Origin: Rhodospirillales bacterium
GTDB lineage: Bacteria > Pseudomonadota > Alphaproteobacteria > Acetobacterales > Acetobacteraceae
Direction of reading: 5' to 3'
DNA: 64,000 nucleotides
Assembly: GCA_947447625.1 (NCBI GenBank)
Contig: CANFKS010000003.1
Coordinates: 899 to 64,898 of the forward strand
The first letter of the stretch is position 1; each line of letters starts with the position of its first letter. Of this stretch, positions 30,144 through 39,591 are shown piece after piece. The translations under genes and the position numbers were made by a program. The notes beneath the pieces are model-generated. The model was not told the origin of the DNA. It saw only the letters and a program-made list of their open reading frames with translations, and did no database searches.

Positions 30144-31156
30144 CGCGTGATCTCCCCGAGGCTGAGTTTGCCGATGCGCATCACCGCGAGTACGAAGGCG
30201 ATGCAGGTCAGGAGCAGGATGAAGGCATAGGCCGAGCCCTGCGGCCAGTTGAATGCCTGGTAGAACCGGTCATAGACTATGGGCGTGAACCACAGCGACC
30301 GTGGCCCGCCAAGCACCAGCGGGGCGGCCAGGGCGCCGGATGTGAGCATGAAAACCAGGGTGCAGCCGGAGGCGATGCCGGGTTTTGCGAAGGGCATCAC
30401 GATGAAGGCGTGGATATGCCACCAGGGGGCGCCGAGATCCCGCGCGGCCTCGATCTGTGCCTTGGGCAGGTTTTCGATGGCGTTGTACAGCGGGAAGACC
30501 ATCAGCAGCAGGTAGGCGTAGGACAGGCCAGCATACATGCCGACATCGAGGCCCAGAAAGTCGATCGGTTCGGACAGCAGCCCGGCGCCCATCAGGAGCT
30601 TGTTGATCAGCCCGCCGGTCGAGAAAATGACGCGGAAGGCGAAGGCGCGCAGGATCTCGTTCACCCAGTAGGGCGTGATGAGCAGCAGCAGCAGAAAGCG
30701 CAGCCGCGCCGCGGTAGCCACCTGGGCCATGTAGAAGGCGAGCGGGTAGCACAGCAGGAAGTTGCCGAGGGTGACGAGGATGGAGGCGATAATGGTCAGC
30801 CAGAACGCCCTGATGTGCACGACATTCCATTCGGCCGAACTGGTGGCGCTGCCGAACAGGAAATAATGATAATTCTGAAGGGTGTAGACATCGCGCGGGC
30901 CGCCCATCGCCGAGGGTGGCAGCTTGGGGCGGAACGACATTTCCACCATGAACAACTGCGGCAGTACGATCATGAACACCGCCCAGAACGCGACGGCGAC
31001 GATCAGGAACAGGCCAACAGCGGTCCCATTGCGCTGAAAGAAGCTGAGCCCCTGAATGCGCCCGATCTGCCGTTCGCGGATGGCGATCAGCCAGAACAGC
31101 AAGCCGACCGCAAAGGGCAGTGCGATGACAAAAGGGTGGCCAAGCGCCGCCTGCAT
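30140..31156 (-). CDS. ABC transporter permease (PotB-like)
   Basis: 338 aa polytopic protein with EAA loop IEAARDLGAPWWHIHAFIVMPFAKPG. Confidence 0.85.
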   Translation of the reverse strand: MQAALGHPFVIALPFAVGLLFWLIAIRERQIGRIQGLSFFQRNGTAVGLFLIVAVAFWAVFMIVLPQLFMVEMSFRPKLPPSAMGGPRDVYTLQNYHYFLFGSATSSAEWNVVHIRAFWLTIIASILVTLGNFLLCYPLAFYMAQVATAARLRFLLLLLITPYWVNEILRAFAFRVIFSTGGLINKLLMGAGLLSEPIDFLGLDVGMYAGLSYAYLLLMVFPLYNAIENLPKAQIEAARDLGAPWWHIHAFIVMPFAKPGIASGCTLVFMLTSGALAAPLVLGGPRSLWFTPIVYDRFYQAFNWPQGSAYAFILLLTCIAFVLAVMRIGKLSLGEITR

Positions 31157-31159
31157 GGC

Positions 31160-32227
31160 TCAGCCGTCCTGCTGCGGCGGCAGAATGATGGCGCGCCCTG
31201 CGTCAAAGCCGAAGCTGGCCTGCGCATCCATCACGGGCGGAATTTCCCCGGCACCGAGCAGGACTGTCAGGTGGCTGCCGTCAACCGCGCGCAGGCCGAC
31301 ATGGGTGAGGTTGCCCTCATAGGCGATTTCACGCGTGGTGGCGGCGATGGGGTTTTCCGGTGCACCGAACCGCAGGGCCTCGGGTCGCACGAAGAGCGTG
31401 GCGCAGGCGCCTTTTTTCAGGCCGAGCGGGTTGGTGCCGCGGAATTGCCCGAGTTTGCCCTCGATGACGGCATAGTCCTCGGCGGCCTCGGTGATAAACC
31501 CGGTGATTGCGTTGTTTTCGCCGACGAAGCTTGCGACGAAGGCGGTGCGCGGGGCGTCATAAACGCTGCGTCCATCACCGACCTGCTCGATGCGGCCGCG
31601 GTTCATCACCGCGATCCGATCGGACATTGTGAGGGCCTCGCCCTGGTCATGCGTGATGTAGATGAAGGTGATGCCAACGCGCTTTTGAATGGCGCGCAGT
31701 TCGTTGCGCATGTGCTGGCGCAGCTTGAGGTCCAGCGCAGAGAGGGGTTCGTCGAGCAGCAGAACCTGCGGTTCGACAGCCAAGGCGCGGGCGATCGCCA
31801 CGCGCTGGCGTTGACCGCCGGAGAGCTCGTCGACCTTTTTTGCCCCCTGATCGCCCAGGGCCACCAGGTTGAGGAGTTCGTCGATCTTCTTCTGGCGGAT
31901 GGACTTGGAGATACCGCGCACGCGCAGACCGTAGCCGATGTTGTCGGCCACCGACATCATCGGGAACAGCGCGAGGGACTGAAAGATCAGCGCGGTCGGC
32001 CGCTTGTTGGCGCCGATGCCCCGCATGTCCTTCCCGCCGATGCGCACCGCACCCTCCGAGGGATCGATGAAGCCCGAGATGGTGCGCAGGATGGTTGTTT
32101 TGCCGCAGCCCGACGGGCCAAGGAAGGAGAAGAACTCTCCCTCCTTGATCCGCAGGTTGGCGTTTTCAACGGCGGTGAAGTCCCCGAAACGGACCGTCAC
32201 CCCATCAAGTTCAACATCCGCGGTCAC
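31160..32227 (-). CDS. ABC transporter ATP-binding protein (PotA-like)
   Basis: Walker A GPSGCGKTT, signature LSGGQRQRV and Walker B LLLDEPLS. The track start 32305 overlaps the binding-protein gene; the in-frame GTG at 32227, after the SBP stop, is preferred but unproven. Confidence 0.85.
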   Translation of the reverse strand: MTADVELDGVTVRFGDFTAVENANLRIKEGEFFSFLGPSGCGKTTILRTISGFIDPSEGAVRIGGKDMRGIGANKRPTALIFQSLALFPMMSVADNIGYGLRVRGISKSIRQKKIDELLNLVALGDQGAKKVDELSGGQRQRVAIARALAVEPQVLLLDEPLSALDLKLRQHMRNELRAIQKRVGITFIYITHDQGEALTMSDRIAVMNRGRIEQVGDGRSVYDAPRTAFVASFVGENNAITGFITEAAEDYAVIEGKLGQFRGTNPLGLKKGACATLFVRPEALRFGAPENPIAATTREIAYEGNLTHVGLRAVDGSHLTVLLGAGEIPPVMDAQASFGFDAGRAIILPPQQDG

Positions 32228-32258
32228 CGCCGCGAACGCCCGTGGCGGTGCGTCAAGC

Positions 32259-33473
32259 TCACGCCGCCTTGAACTTCTCGGCGTACTGGGCGCGCAGCTC
32301 GGCAAACCAGGTCGGCTCGGCCGGGCGCGGCCACAGGCGGTCCAGCGCGTCGCCGGGATAGGCCTCCTGGAAGTTCTTCTTCGCGCCGGCGGACAGCAGC
32401 GCGTCGGCGCCCTTGACGACCGGGTTGTAGCCCGACCCTTCGGCGATCATCGCGGAACCCTCCTGCGAATGGCAGAATTTGAGCCACTCGTAGGCCTGCT
32501 CAACGTTTTTCGCAGCTTTGGGCATCGACCAGCCATCAAGCCAGGTGATCGCGCCTTCCTGCGGCGCCATGTAGCTGACCGGCTTGCCCTGCTTTTTGAG
32601 GCTCAGCGCCGGGCCGTCCCAGGTCTGGCCAATGACGACGCCGTTGTCGAGCAGGCCCGACTTTGTGTTGTCCGAACTGTCCCAGAACTGCTTGATCCAG
32701 GATTTTTTGGAGATCGCGAAGGGCAGGATCTGGTCGTAGATTTTCTTGAAGCTGGCTTCGTCCTTAAAGGCGTCGAGCATGCGGTTGGACGGCAGCTTGC
32801 CCGTGGCATCCATCCACAGGCCGATGCCGAGCAGCAGCGAATGCGGCCGGCCCTGGACCTTGCCCTTGTATTTCTCGTCCCACAGCGAGCCGTAGGACAG
32901 GGTCTTGTAGTCGAGTGTCGCGAGGTCGGTGCGCCAGGAGATGGCTTCGGAGCCCCAGGTATGGGCGGTGTGGTAGAGCTTGCCGTCCCAGGTCCAGAGC
33001 TTGGCGGAAAGAGAGACGAAGGCCGGCAGAATGGCGTCGAGCGACAGTTTTTTCGGGTCGAGCGGCTGCAGGACTTCGAGATCCTTGAACTGGGGCGCGC
33101 GGTCGGCGGTGGGCTGGCAAAGGTCGAACCCGCCGCCGCCGGTGGCCTGGAGCTTGTTGATCTGCTCTTCGTTCTGGCTGAAGGGGGTGGTGTTGACCTT
33201 GATGCCGGTTTTCTTTTCGAAGGTCGGGATCAGCGGCTCCGGGAGTTCGTCATCCCAGTTGAGCAGGTTGAGGCTGCCCGAGGAGGATAATGCGTCGCGC
33301 ACAATCCAGGGCCCGGCCGCCGCCGCCGTGCCGAGCAAGGCGGAGCGGGTGAGGAGGGTGCGGCGGGTGAACGCCTGTGCCGCACGGACGGTCGCCTCGG
33401 CGCCGGATACGGTCGCCTCGGCGCCGGATACGGTCGCCTCGGCGCCGGTGGTCGGGTTGGTCGGCTTGGTCAT
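32259..33473 (-). CDS. ABC substrate-binding protein, family 1 (PotD/PotF-like) with Tat-type signal
   Basis: ATG 33473 has GGAGA 8 nt upstream. N-terminus is MTKPTNPTT(GAEATVS)x2GAEATVRAAQAFTRRTLLTRSALLGTAAAAG, followed by a periplasmic binding fold. Confidence 0.85.
   Translation of the reverse strand: MTKPTNPTTGAEATVSGAEATVSGAEATVRAAQAFTRRTLLTRSALLGTAAAAGPWIVRDALSSSGSLNLLNWDDELPEPLIPTFEKKTGIKVNTTPFSQNEEQINKLQATGGGGFDLCQPTADRAPQFKDLEVLQPLDPKKLSLDAILPAFVSLSAKLWTWDGKLYHTAHTWGSEAISWRTDLATLDYKTLSYGSLWDEKYKGKVQGRPHSLLLGIGLWMDATGKLPSNRMLDAFKDEASFKKIYDQILPFAISKKSWIKQFWDSSDNTKSGLLDNGVVIGQTWDGPALSLKKQGKPVSYMAPQEGAITWLDGWSMPKAAKNVEQAYEWLKFCHSQEGSAMIAEGSGYNPVVKGADALLSAGAKKNFQEAYPGDALDRLWPRPAEPTWFAELRAQYAEKFKAA
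33388..33448. repeat. 21-bp in-frame tandem repeat x~3 inside the binding-protein signal n-region
   Basis: The unit ACGGTCGCCTCGGCGCCGGAT occurs at 33388-33408 and 33409-33429, with a third copy diverging in its last 2 nt. It encodes GAEATVS repeats on the minus strand. Confidence 0.85.
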
Positions 33474-33622
33474 CGGCCAGTCTCCGAAATGGTGAAGCGG
33501 CTGTGCTTCGGGTTGAAGCATAGCTGCGATGCAACATTGAGAAATGAAAAGCAGATCGGTGTCCAGAGAAAAAAAGAGAACAATTTCTGAGCGATTTCAG
33601 GAGAATAATGCCTAAAATATAG

Positions 33623-34375
33623 TCATGGTGATTTTGCCGCGCCGCGCGGTATGCCAAAGAGCACGGCGTCGAAGCGGGAGCCGAGGTCGGTTTCATAGAT
33701 CTGGTAACGAGGAATGGCGAATTTCGGCGCGTCGGCGGGGGCAGCACGGCCGCCCAGAGCGAACGCAGCAGTGTAGCCGGCGGCCTGTGCGGCGGCTTCG
33801 AGCGTCGGGTCGTGGATGCCGAAGGGCCAGGCCAGAAGATCCTGTGGGCCTCCCAGTCGATTGCGCAATGAAGCCCTGGAGTCCTCGAGTTCATGACGCA
33901 GATAGGCGGTAAATGCCTCGGGGCTGCGGCGTGCCCGTTCGGTGGTGAAATGGGGGTGGGAGGTGGTGTGTGGCGCGCAGTCGACCAGCCCGGTTGCCTG
34001 CATTTCGAGCAGTTCGGGAAAGCGGAGGTAGGAGCCCTGGCCGAGGCCGGGTGGATTGAGGAAGAGGGTGGCAGGGAAGTGGTGGGCTTTCAGGATCGGG
34101 AACATCTCGGTGAAAACCGAGCGATGGCCATCATCCGCGGTCAGTGCGATCGCCCGGGGCGGGAGCGTCGTGCCGTCGAACAGGGCGCGCAGCGGGACCA
34201 CCGGAATGCCGAGTGCCGCGATGCGGTTCATCTGGGCTGCGAAGGTGCGGGTGGTGACGGTGGTGGCGCCGGGCGCGTGGTCCGGATTGAAGCGATGATA
34301 GGTGAGGATCGAGACGGTCTGCGCCCGGGCCGGCGACACGAGGAGCAGGATCAGCAGGGCGGCTATCAAGCGCAT
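33623..34375 (-). CDS. Polysaccharide deacetylase (NodB-homology) family protein, secreted
   Basis: 250 aa with signal peptide MRLIAALLILLLVSPARA-Q and the NodB motif LTADDGHRS. Confidence 0.8.
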   Translation of the reverse strand: MRLIAALLILLLVSPARAQTVSILTYHRFNPDHAPGATTVTTRTFAAQMNRIAALGIPVVPLRALFDGTTLPPRAIALTADDGHRSVFTEMFPILKAHHFPATLFLNPPGLGQGSYLRFPELLEMQATGLVDCAPHTTSHPHFTTERARRSPEAFTAYLRHELEDSRASLRNRLGGPQDLLAWPFGIHDPTLEAAAQAAGYTAAFALGGRAAPADAPKFAIPRYQIYETDLGSRFDAVLFGIPRGAAKSP

Positions 34376-34416
34376 GGCAATTCCATCGGCGTGGGTGTCG
34401 GGTTAGAACTAGAGCC

Positions 34417-35568
34417 ATGACAAACGAACACAACCCCGACTGGTCCCGCCGCACCCTTGCCGCCCAGGCGATGGGGCATATCGACGAAGCAAGCCGCGCC
34501 GTGGTGCTGCCGATCCATGTCGCGACCACCTTCATTCGCGACCCGGACAACGCCTACAGCACCGGCAACATCTACGGCCGGCCCGACAACCTGACGGTGC
34601 GTGAGGCGGAAGGCATCATCGCGGCACTGGAAGGTGCTGCCGAGGCGATGGTCCTGGGCTCCGGCATGTCGGCTGCGACGGCAGTGTTTCTGGCGCTTCG
34701 GCCGGGCGATCACGTGATCGCGCCGGAGGTCATGTATTGGGGGTTGCGCCATTGGCTCCTGCATGAGGCGACAGAGTGGGGTCTGCGGATTGACCTGGTC
34801 GACACCAGCGATGTCGCCGCAGTGAAAGCCGCGCTGCGGCCGGGCGAGACCAAGCTGGTGTGGCTCGAGACGCCGTCCAATCCCATGTGGTCGATCACGG
34901 ACATCGCGGCAGTCGCTGCCGTGGCGCATGCCGCGGGGGCACGCGTGGCGGTCGATTCGACCTGCGCCACCCCGGTGCTGACCCGCCCGCTGGAGTTAGG
35001 GGCGGATGTGGTGATGCATTCGGCGACCAAGTATCTCAATGGCCATTCCGACGTGATCGCCGGTGCGCTGGCGACCCGGAACAAGGACGCGTTCTGGGCG
35101 CGGATTCGCCGCAATCGTGGCATTCTCGGGCAGATCCTGGCGCCGCTGGAGGCCTATATGCTGATCCGCGGCATGCGCACCTTGCATCTGCGGGTGAAGG
35201 CCGCGTGCGACAATGCGATGGAGTTGGCGCTGCGCTTGTCGAACCATCAGGCGATTTCGCACGTGCTTTATCCTGGGCTGCCCGAGCATCCCGGCCATGA
35301 CGTGGCGAAGCGGCAGATGCAGGGCGGTTTTGGCGGGATGCTCTCGATCCGGCTGCGCGGCGGCGAGGCGGCGGCCATTGCGTGCGCGGCGAAGGTCAAG
35401 CTGTGGAAGCGGGCGACCTCGCTGGGCGGTGTCGAGAGCCTGATCGAGCATCGCGGATCGATCGAGGGCGCCGGGTCCCCGTGTCCGCTCGATCTCCTTC
35501 GGCTGTCTGCCGGGATCGAGGATACCGAGGATCTCTATCGCGATCTCGCAGCCGCGCTCGCGGAATAG
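34417..35568 (+). CDS. Cys/Met-metabolism PLP-dependent enzyme (cystathionine gamma-synthase/lyase family)
   Basis: 383 aa with PLP-lysine region VMHSATKYLNGHSDV and a family-typical C-terminal LSAGIED. Confidence 0.88.
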   Translation: MTNEHNPDWSRRTLAAQAMGHIDEASRAVVLPIHVATTFIRDPDNAYSTGNIYGRPDNLTVREAEGIIAALEGAAEAMVLGSGMSAATAVFLALRPGDHVIAPEVMYWGLRHWLLHEATEWGLRIDLVDTSDVAAVKAALRPGETKLVWLETPSNPMWSITDIAAVAAVAHAAGARVAVDSTCATPVLTRPLELGADVVMHSATKYLNGHSDVIAGALATRNKDAFWARIRRNRGILGQILAPLEAYMLIRGMRTLHLRVKAACDNAMELALRLSNHQAISHVLYPGLPEHPGHDVAKRQMQGGFGGMLSIRLRGGEAAAIACAAKVKLWKRATSLGGVESLIEHRGSIEGAGSPCPLDLLRLSAGIEDTEDLYRDLAAALAE

Positions 35569-35570
35569 GT

Positions 35571-36344
35571 ATGACCGATCAGTATCTCGAGGCCGAATAC
35601 AACAACCGCACGAAGGTGCCGGGGCATCCGGCGGTGATTGCGGCCTGGGTGCGCGATGCGGCGGCGTTCCGGGCCGGCGTGGTGCATGCCGAATTCGATG
35701 TGCCCTATGGGCCCTCGGTGCGGCAGGCGATGGATGTGTTCTGGCCCGGTTCGGCGCGCGACGGCAGGCTCGCGATGTTCATTCATGGCGGCTACTGGCA
35801 GGGGCTCGACAAGTCCTTCATGTCGCACATCGCGCAGGGTTTGTTGGCGCACGGCATTGCGGTGGCGGTGCCGAGCTATGATTTGTGCCCTCAGGTCCGG
35901 CTTGCTGACATTGTTGCCCAGATCGCGGCGGCGGCGCGCTTGCTGATTGCGCGGCATGGACGGCTGGATGTGGCGAGCGGGCACTCTGCGGGCGGTCATC
36001 TGGCGGCGATGTTGCTGGCCGAGGGTTTGGTGCCGGCTGCGGTGCCGATCAGTGGGCTGTTCGATTTGCGGCCGTTGGTCGAGACTTCGATCAATGGCGC
36101 CCTCGGGCTCGATGATGCGGAGGCATGGCGCCTGTCGCCGCTGGGCTGCCCGCGTCCGGCGGGGCGGTTGCATGCCTTGGTCGGGGGGGATGAGGGGATG
36201 GAATACGAGACGCAGTCGCGACGGATCGCCGAGGCCTGGGATGGGCAATGGGAGCCTGTTAAGGGCCATGATCATTTCACGATCCCGGATGAACTGGCCC
36301 GGCCCGATGGCCGCGTCACCGCTGCGATATGCGCGATTTTATAA
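35571..36344 (+). CDS. Alpha/beta hydrolase (arylformamidase/esterase-like)
   Basis: ATG 35571 lies 2 nt after the upstream stop. MTDQYLEAEYNNR..., with FIHGGYWQ (oxyanion region) and GHSAGGHLA (nucleophile elbow). Confidence 0.75.
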   Translation: MTDQYLEAEYNNRTKVPGHPAVIAAWVRDAAAFRAGVVHAEFDVPYGPSVRQAMDVFWPGSARDGRLAMFIHGGYWQGLDKSFMSHIAQGLLAHGIAVAVPSYDLCPQVRLADIVAQIAAAARLLIARHGRLDVASGHSAGGHLAAMLLAEGLVPAAVPISGLFDLRPLVETSINGALGLDDAEAWRLSPLGCPRPAGRLHALVGGDEGMEYETQSRRIAEAWDGQWEPVKGHDHFTIPDELARPDGRVTAAICAIL

Positions 36345-36429
36345 GAAAAATTGCCCGGAGACTGTTGCGGGTACGACTGTATATCGGCGGATGCAGGCAC
36401 GGTGCCGGACGCAACCGGGGCGCTGCATA

Positions 36430-37011
36430 TCAGCGCACGCACCGCAGATCCGGCAGGTCGGCGAGGAAGCCGTCCCATGTTGTGTGCGCGGCAAGGTGTT
36501 CGAGCACCACGGGCAGCGGATCGGCGTGGATGTCCGCGAGGTCAGCCTCGCCAGGCAATTTTGGCTGGTAGGCGAGCACTTCGAGCGGCGGCGTGAAATC
36601 AGTGAACACGCCCGGCCTGTTGCCCCGCGGGTCAACCCGGTGCCAGCCGATCCCCGGGAGATCGACGGCGTTGAAGCCGTGCAGGCTGAAGGGCGGGCCA
36701 TTGTCGTCGATCGACAGGCGCTGGTAGCAGAACCCGGCCGGAATGGCGTTGGCGCGCAACAAGGCCGCCAACAGATGGCTCTTGGCGAAACAATAGCCGG
36801 TGCCGTGCCGCAGAACGTCCGACGCGCGGCAGGTCAACGGGTTGGCGCGGGCATCGACGCTATGGGTGATCTCGCCACGCACGAACAGGAAGCAGTCCCG
36901 TGCGATGGCGACCGGATCGGACCGGTCACCCCGCAGGGCGCGCGCCTTGGCTGCCACCGAGGGGTGGTCGTGGTCGATGACCCCGGTGGCGCGAAGGTAG
37001 GCGTTGCTCAC
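36430..37011 (-). CDS. Small transglutaminase-like (Cys-His-Asp) domain protein
   Basis: 193 aa with a GTG start overlapping the aldolase stop (GTGA). Putative triad from GTGYCFAKSH, SLHGFNAV and HRVDPR. Confidence 0.7.
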   Translation of the reverse strand: MSNAYLRATGVIDHDHPSVAAKARALRGDRSDPVAIARDCFLFVRGEITHSVDARANPLTCRASDVLRHGTGYCFAKSHLLAALLRANAIPAGFCYQRLSIDDNGPPFSLHGFNAVDLPGIGWHRVDPRGNRPGVFTDFTPPLEVLAYQPKLPGEADLADIHADPLPVVLEHLAAHTTWDGFLADLPDLRCVR

Positions 37012-37781
37012 GTGGCGTAGTCGGGCTCCTGCTTGTCGAGGATGCGGCGCCAGGCGTCGAGATGCAGGCGGGCATCGGCGTGGCTGCTGCGGGGACCCGT
37101 GTTGTGCCGGCGCAGGCGCTCGGGCAGGCGGCGCAGCGGTTGGCCGGTCGACATCGCGGTGATCTGATACATCACCGTCCGCTCGGCGCCGAACAACTCG
37201 TCGAACGCGTCATGCACCGTCGGGCCGACGACGGTGACGCCGTGGCTGGCCATGATCATGATGGTCTTGTTGCCCATCAGGTCGGCGATGCGGTCGCCCT
37301 CGGAGATGTCACCCACCGGCTCGTCGCCCTGCATGTCGACGACGACGCGATCGTTGAGCACCAAATTGTTGTGATGGGCGAGTGCCATCTCGGGATTCTG
37401 CAGCATCGACAGCGCAGTGAGATACTGCGGATGGACGTGCAGCACGCAGGCGGCGGCGGGGTTGCGGAGGTGGATGCGCGCGTGGATGTGGAAGGCCACC
37501 TTGCGCAGTTCGCCCTTGCCGCGAAGGACGTTGCCGTCGAGGTCGCAGACGATGAGGTTCGAGGCGGTCAGTTCCTCGAAGCGCCAGCCGCGGGCGTTGA
37601 TGAGGAAGGTGGGTTTCTCGTCCGGTGTGCGTTGCGGCAGCATCAGCGAGTTGTGGTTGCCGATCTGCTCGTTCCAGCCGAGGCGGGCGGAGACGCGGAA
37701 GCAGGCTGCCATGTCGCAGCGGAGTTGCCACTCCTCGGCTTCGGCTTCGCTGCTGGTAAGGGATTTGATGATCGCCGTCAT
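37008..37781 (-). CDS. Class II aldolase/adducin-domain protein
   Basis: ATG 37781 is preceded by AAGGA. Reads MTAIIKSLTSSEAEAEEWQLR..., with GNHNSLML and the metal-binding VLHVHPQY. Confidence 0.8.
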   Translation of the reverse strand: MTAIIKSLTSSEAEAEEWQLRCDMAACFRVSARLGWNEQIGNHNSLMLPQRTPDEKPTFLINARGWRFEELTASNLIVCDLDGNVLRGKGELRKVAFHIHARIHLRNPAAACVLHVHPQYLTALSMLQNPEMALAHHNNLVLNDRVVVDMQGDEPVGDISEGDRIADLMGNKTIMIMASHGVTVVGPTVHDAFDELFGAERTVMYQITAMSTGQPLRRLPERLRRHNTGPRSSHADARLHLDAWRRILDKQEPDYAT

Positions 37782-38018
37782 CTTGGTGTCCTTGATCGTG
37801 GGGTGTTCGAGTGGTGGCGTTTGGCCGCCGCCTGTCCGGCACGGCGCAATGCCGGCCCGGGCGGGTTCATGTGGCATTTCAGTTTGAACGAGAGCGGCCA
37901 CGCCGATCCCCGAGCTCGTATCTTATTTATCCATGCTGCGCCGATGAATGCGTCTTGCCAAGACGGGTCAAGCAGGGCCAGCATCAAATCCAGGTACTAA
38001 AAAATGAGGGGAACAAAA

Positions 38019-39575
38019 ATGCTCCGCCGTCGCTCGTTCACGACTGGATTGACAGCCGCTTCCGCTTTGCCATTGCCGGCGATCGCGCAAAGCGTGGGAC
38101 AACAGGGCCGCAAGGGCGGCGATGTGATCGTCGCCATGACCGCAGCGCCGCCCACTCTGGACGCGATGGCGACCACGGCGGCGGCAGCGCGCAATGTCTC
38201 GATGCACCTGTTCGAATCGCTCTACACGCGCGATGAGGGGGCCAACCCCAAGCCGGAACTTGCCGAGGGCGTTGATATCGCGGCCGATGGCATGACCTAC
38301 ACGTTCAAGCTGCGCGGTGGTGTGAAGTTCCACAACGGCAAGACCATGACATCGGCCGATGCCAAGGCCAGCATGGAGCGCTACGCGAAGCTCGGTGGCT
38401 CCAAAGATGCGCTCAAGACGGTCGCGGCCTTCGAGACGCCCAATTCCAGCACGCTGGTGCTGAAAATGGCCAGCATCTTCCCCGGTTTGATCGAGGCGAT
38501 CAGCAGCCCGCGCGCGCCGTTTGTCATCGTCCCGGAGGAGGAGTGCGGCAAGCCGCTCGGCCAGATCGGCATGATCGGCACCGGGCCCTTCCAATTCGCC
38601 GAATACAAGCCCGACAGCCACGTGAAGATGACGCGGTTCGATGGGTATGCCGCCAACACCGCCTATCAGAAGCGTGACGGGTTCACCGGCAAAAAGACCG
38701 CCTACTTCGACAGCGTGACCATCCGCATCATCACCGAGGGCGGCGCGCGGACGGCAGGGCTGCAGACCGGCGAACTGCATGTGCTGGAGACGCTCGACGT
38801 CGCTGCGGCCAAGCGGCTCAAGGACGACAAGAACATCAAGACGTACACGATGATGCCCTGGGCGTTCCTCACCCTGATGATGAACAACAACTGGGGCCTG
38901 ACGGCGAAACCCGAAATCAGGCGCGCGGTGCAGGCGGCACTCGAGGTGGAGGAAATCGCGGCGATTGCCTCCGATGGGCTCTACCGGCTCGACCCGTCCT
39001 GGCAGTATCCCGGCACGAATTATTTCCCCGGTGTCGACGGGCTCGACGCCTATGTGAAACAGAGCCAGGCGAAGGCGAAATCCTTGCTTCAGGCGGCCGG
39101 CTACAATGGCGAGGAATTGCAGGTGATCTGCGACAGCTCGATCAAGTGGCACATCGATGCCGCGACGGTGGCGGCCGAGCAGCTGCGTGCGGCGGGCTTC
39201 AAGGTGAAGCTGAACGTGATGGACTGGCCGACGGTGAATGCCGCGCGGGTGAAGCCCGAGGGGTGGAACCTGTGGCCGCTCGCGATGGGGATCGAGCCCT
39301 ATGAAGGGCCGTACAACGTCGTGGGGTTCTTCGCCGGCTCGCTGCCGGTGCAGATCAAGCCCGACCCGGTGATCGAGGACTGCAACAGGCGGCTGGCGAC
39401 CCAGTTGAAGCTGGAGGATCGCAAGGCCGCCGTGAAGACCTTCCAGGATCGTCTCTATGAACAGGCGATCGCGGTAAAGGTGGCCGACATCGGCGTGATC
39501 CAGGCGACGCGTTCGAATGTGATGAACTACGAGCCGTATCGCATTCCGCGGATGTGGGACTGCTGGTTCGCCTGA
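38019..39575 (+). CDS. ABC substrate-binding protein, family 5 (DppA/OppA-like)
   Basis: ATG 38019 has GAGGGGA 7 nt upstream (track start is 38004). Signal MLRRRSFTTGLTAASALPLPAIAQ, followed by a ~500-aa binding fold. Confidence 0.88.
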   Translation: MLRRRSFTTGLTAASALPLPAIAQSVGQQGRKGGDVIVAMTAAPPTLDAMATTAAAARNVSMHLFESLYTRDEGANPKPELAEGVDIAADGMTYTFKLRGGVKFHNGKTMTSADAKASMERYAKLGGSKDALKTVAAFETPNSSTLVLKMASIFPGLIEAISSPRAPFVIVPEEECGKPLGQIGMIGTGPFQFAEYKPDSHVKMTRFDGYAANTAYQKRDGFTGKKTAYFDSVTIRIITEGGARTAGLQTGELHVLETLDVAAAKRLKDDKNIKTYTMMPWAFLTLMMNNNWGLTAKPEIRRAVQAALEVEEIAAIASDGLYRLDPSWQYPGTNYFPGVDGLDAYVKQSQAKAKSLLQAAGYNGEELQVICDSSIKWHIDAATVAAEQLRAAGFKVKLNVMDWPTVNAARVKPEGWNLWPLAMGIEPYEGPYNVVGFFAGSLPVQIKPDPVIEDCNRRLATQLKLEDRKAAVKTFQDRLYEQAIAVKVADIGVIQATRSNVMNYEPYRIPRMWDCWFA

Positions 39576-39591
39576 TCGGACGGCGGCCGCC

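Noticed and set aside
30410-33290. 620-aa and 428-aa plus-strand ORFs over the pot-like ABC operon. Similar antisense ORFs occur at 13561-14634, 37968-39902, 40536-42299, 49313-50929 and 51074-52432.
   Set aside because: All are antisense to well-supported genes. They are open only because stop codons are rare in high-GC antisense frames, and none has family motifs.
33388-33448. Tandem repeats (here and at 58058-58104) considered as a possible CRISPR array
   Set aside because: The units are directly abutting with no spacers, only ~3 copies are present, one is inside a CDS, and there are no cas genes in the window.
34405-34416. CTAGAGCC immediately upstream of the PLP-enzyme start, identical to the first 8 nt of the palindromic repeat
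   Set aside because: Similarity stops after 8 nt and there is no second arm. It cannot be distinguished from chance.
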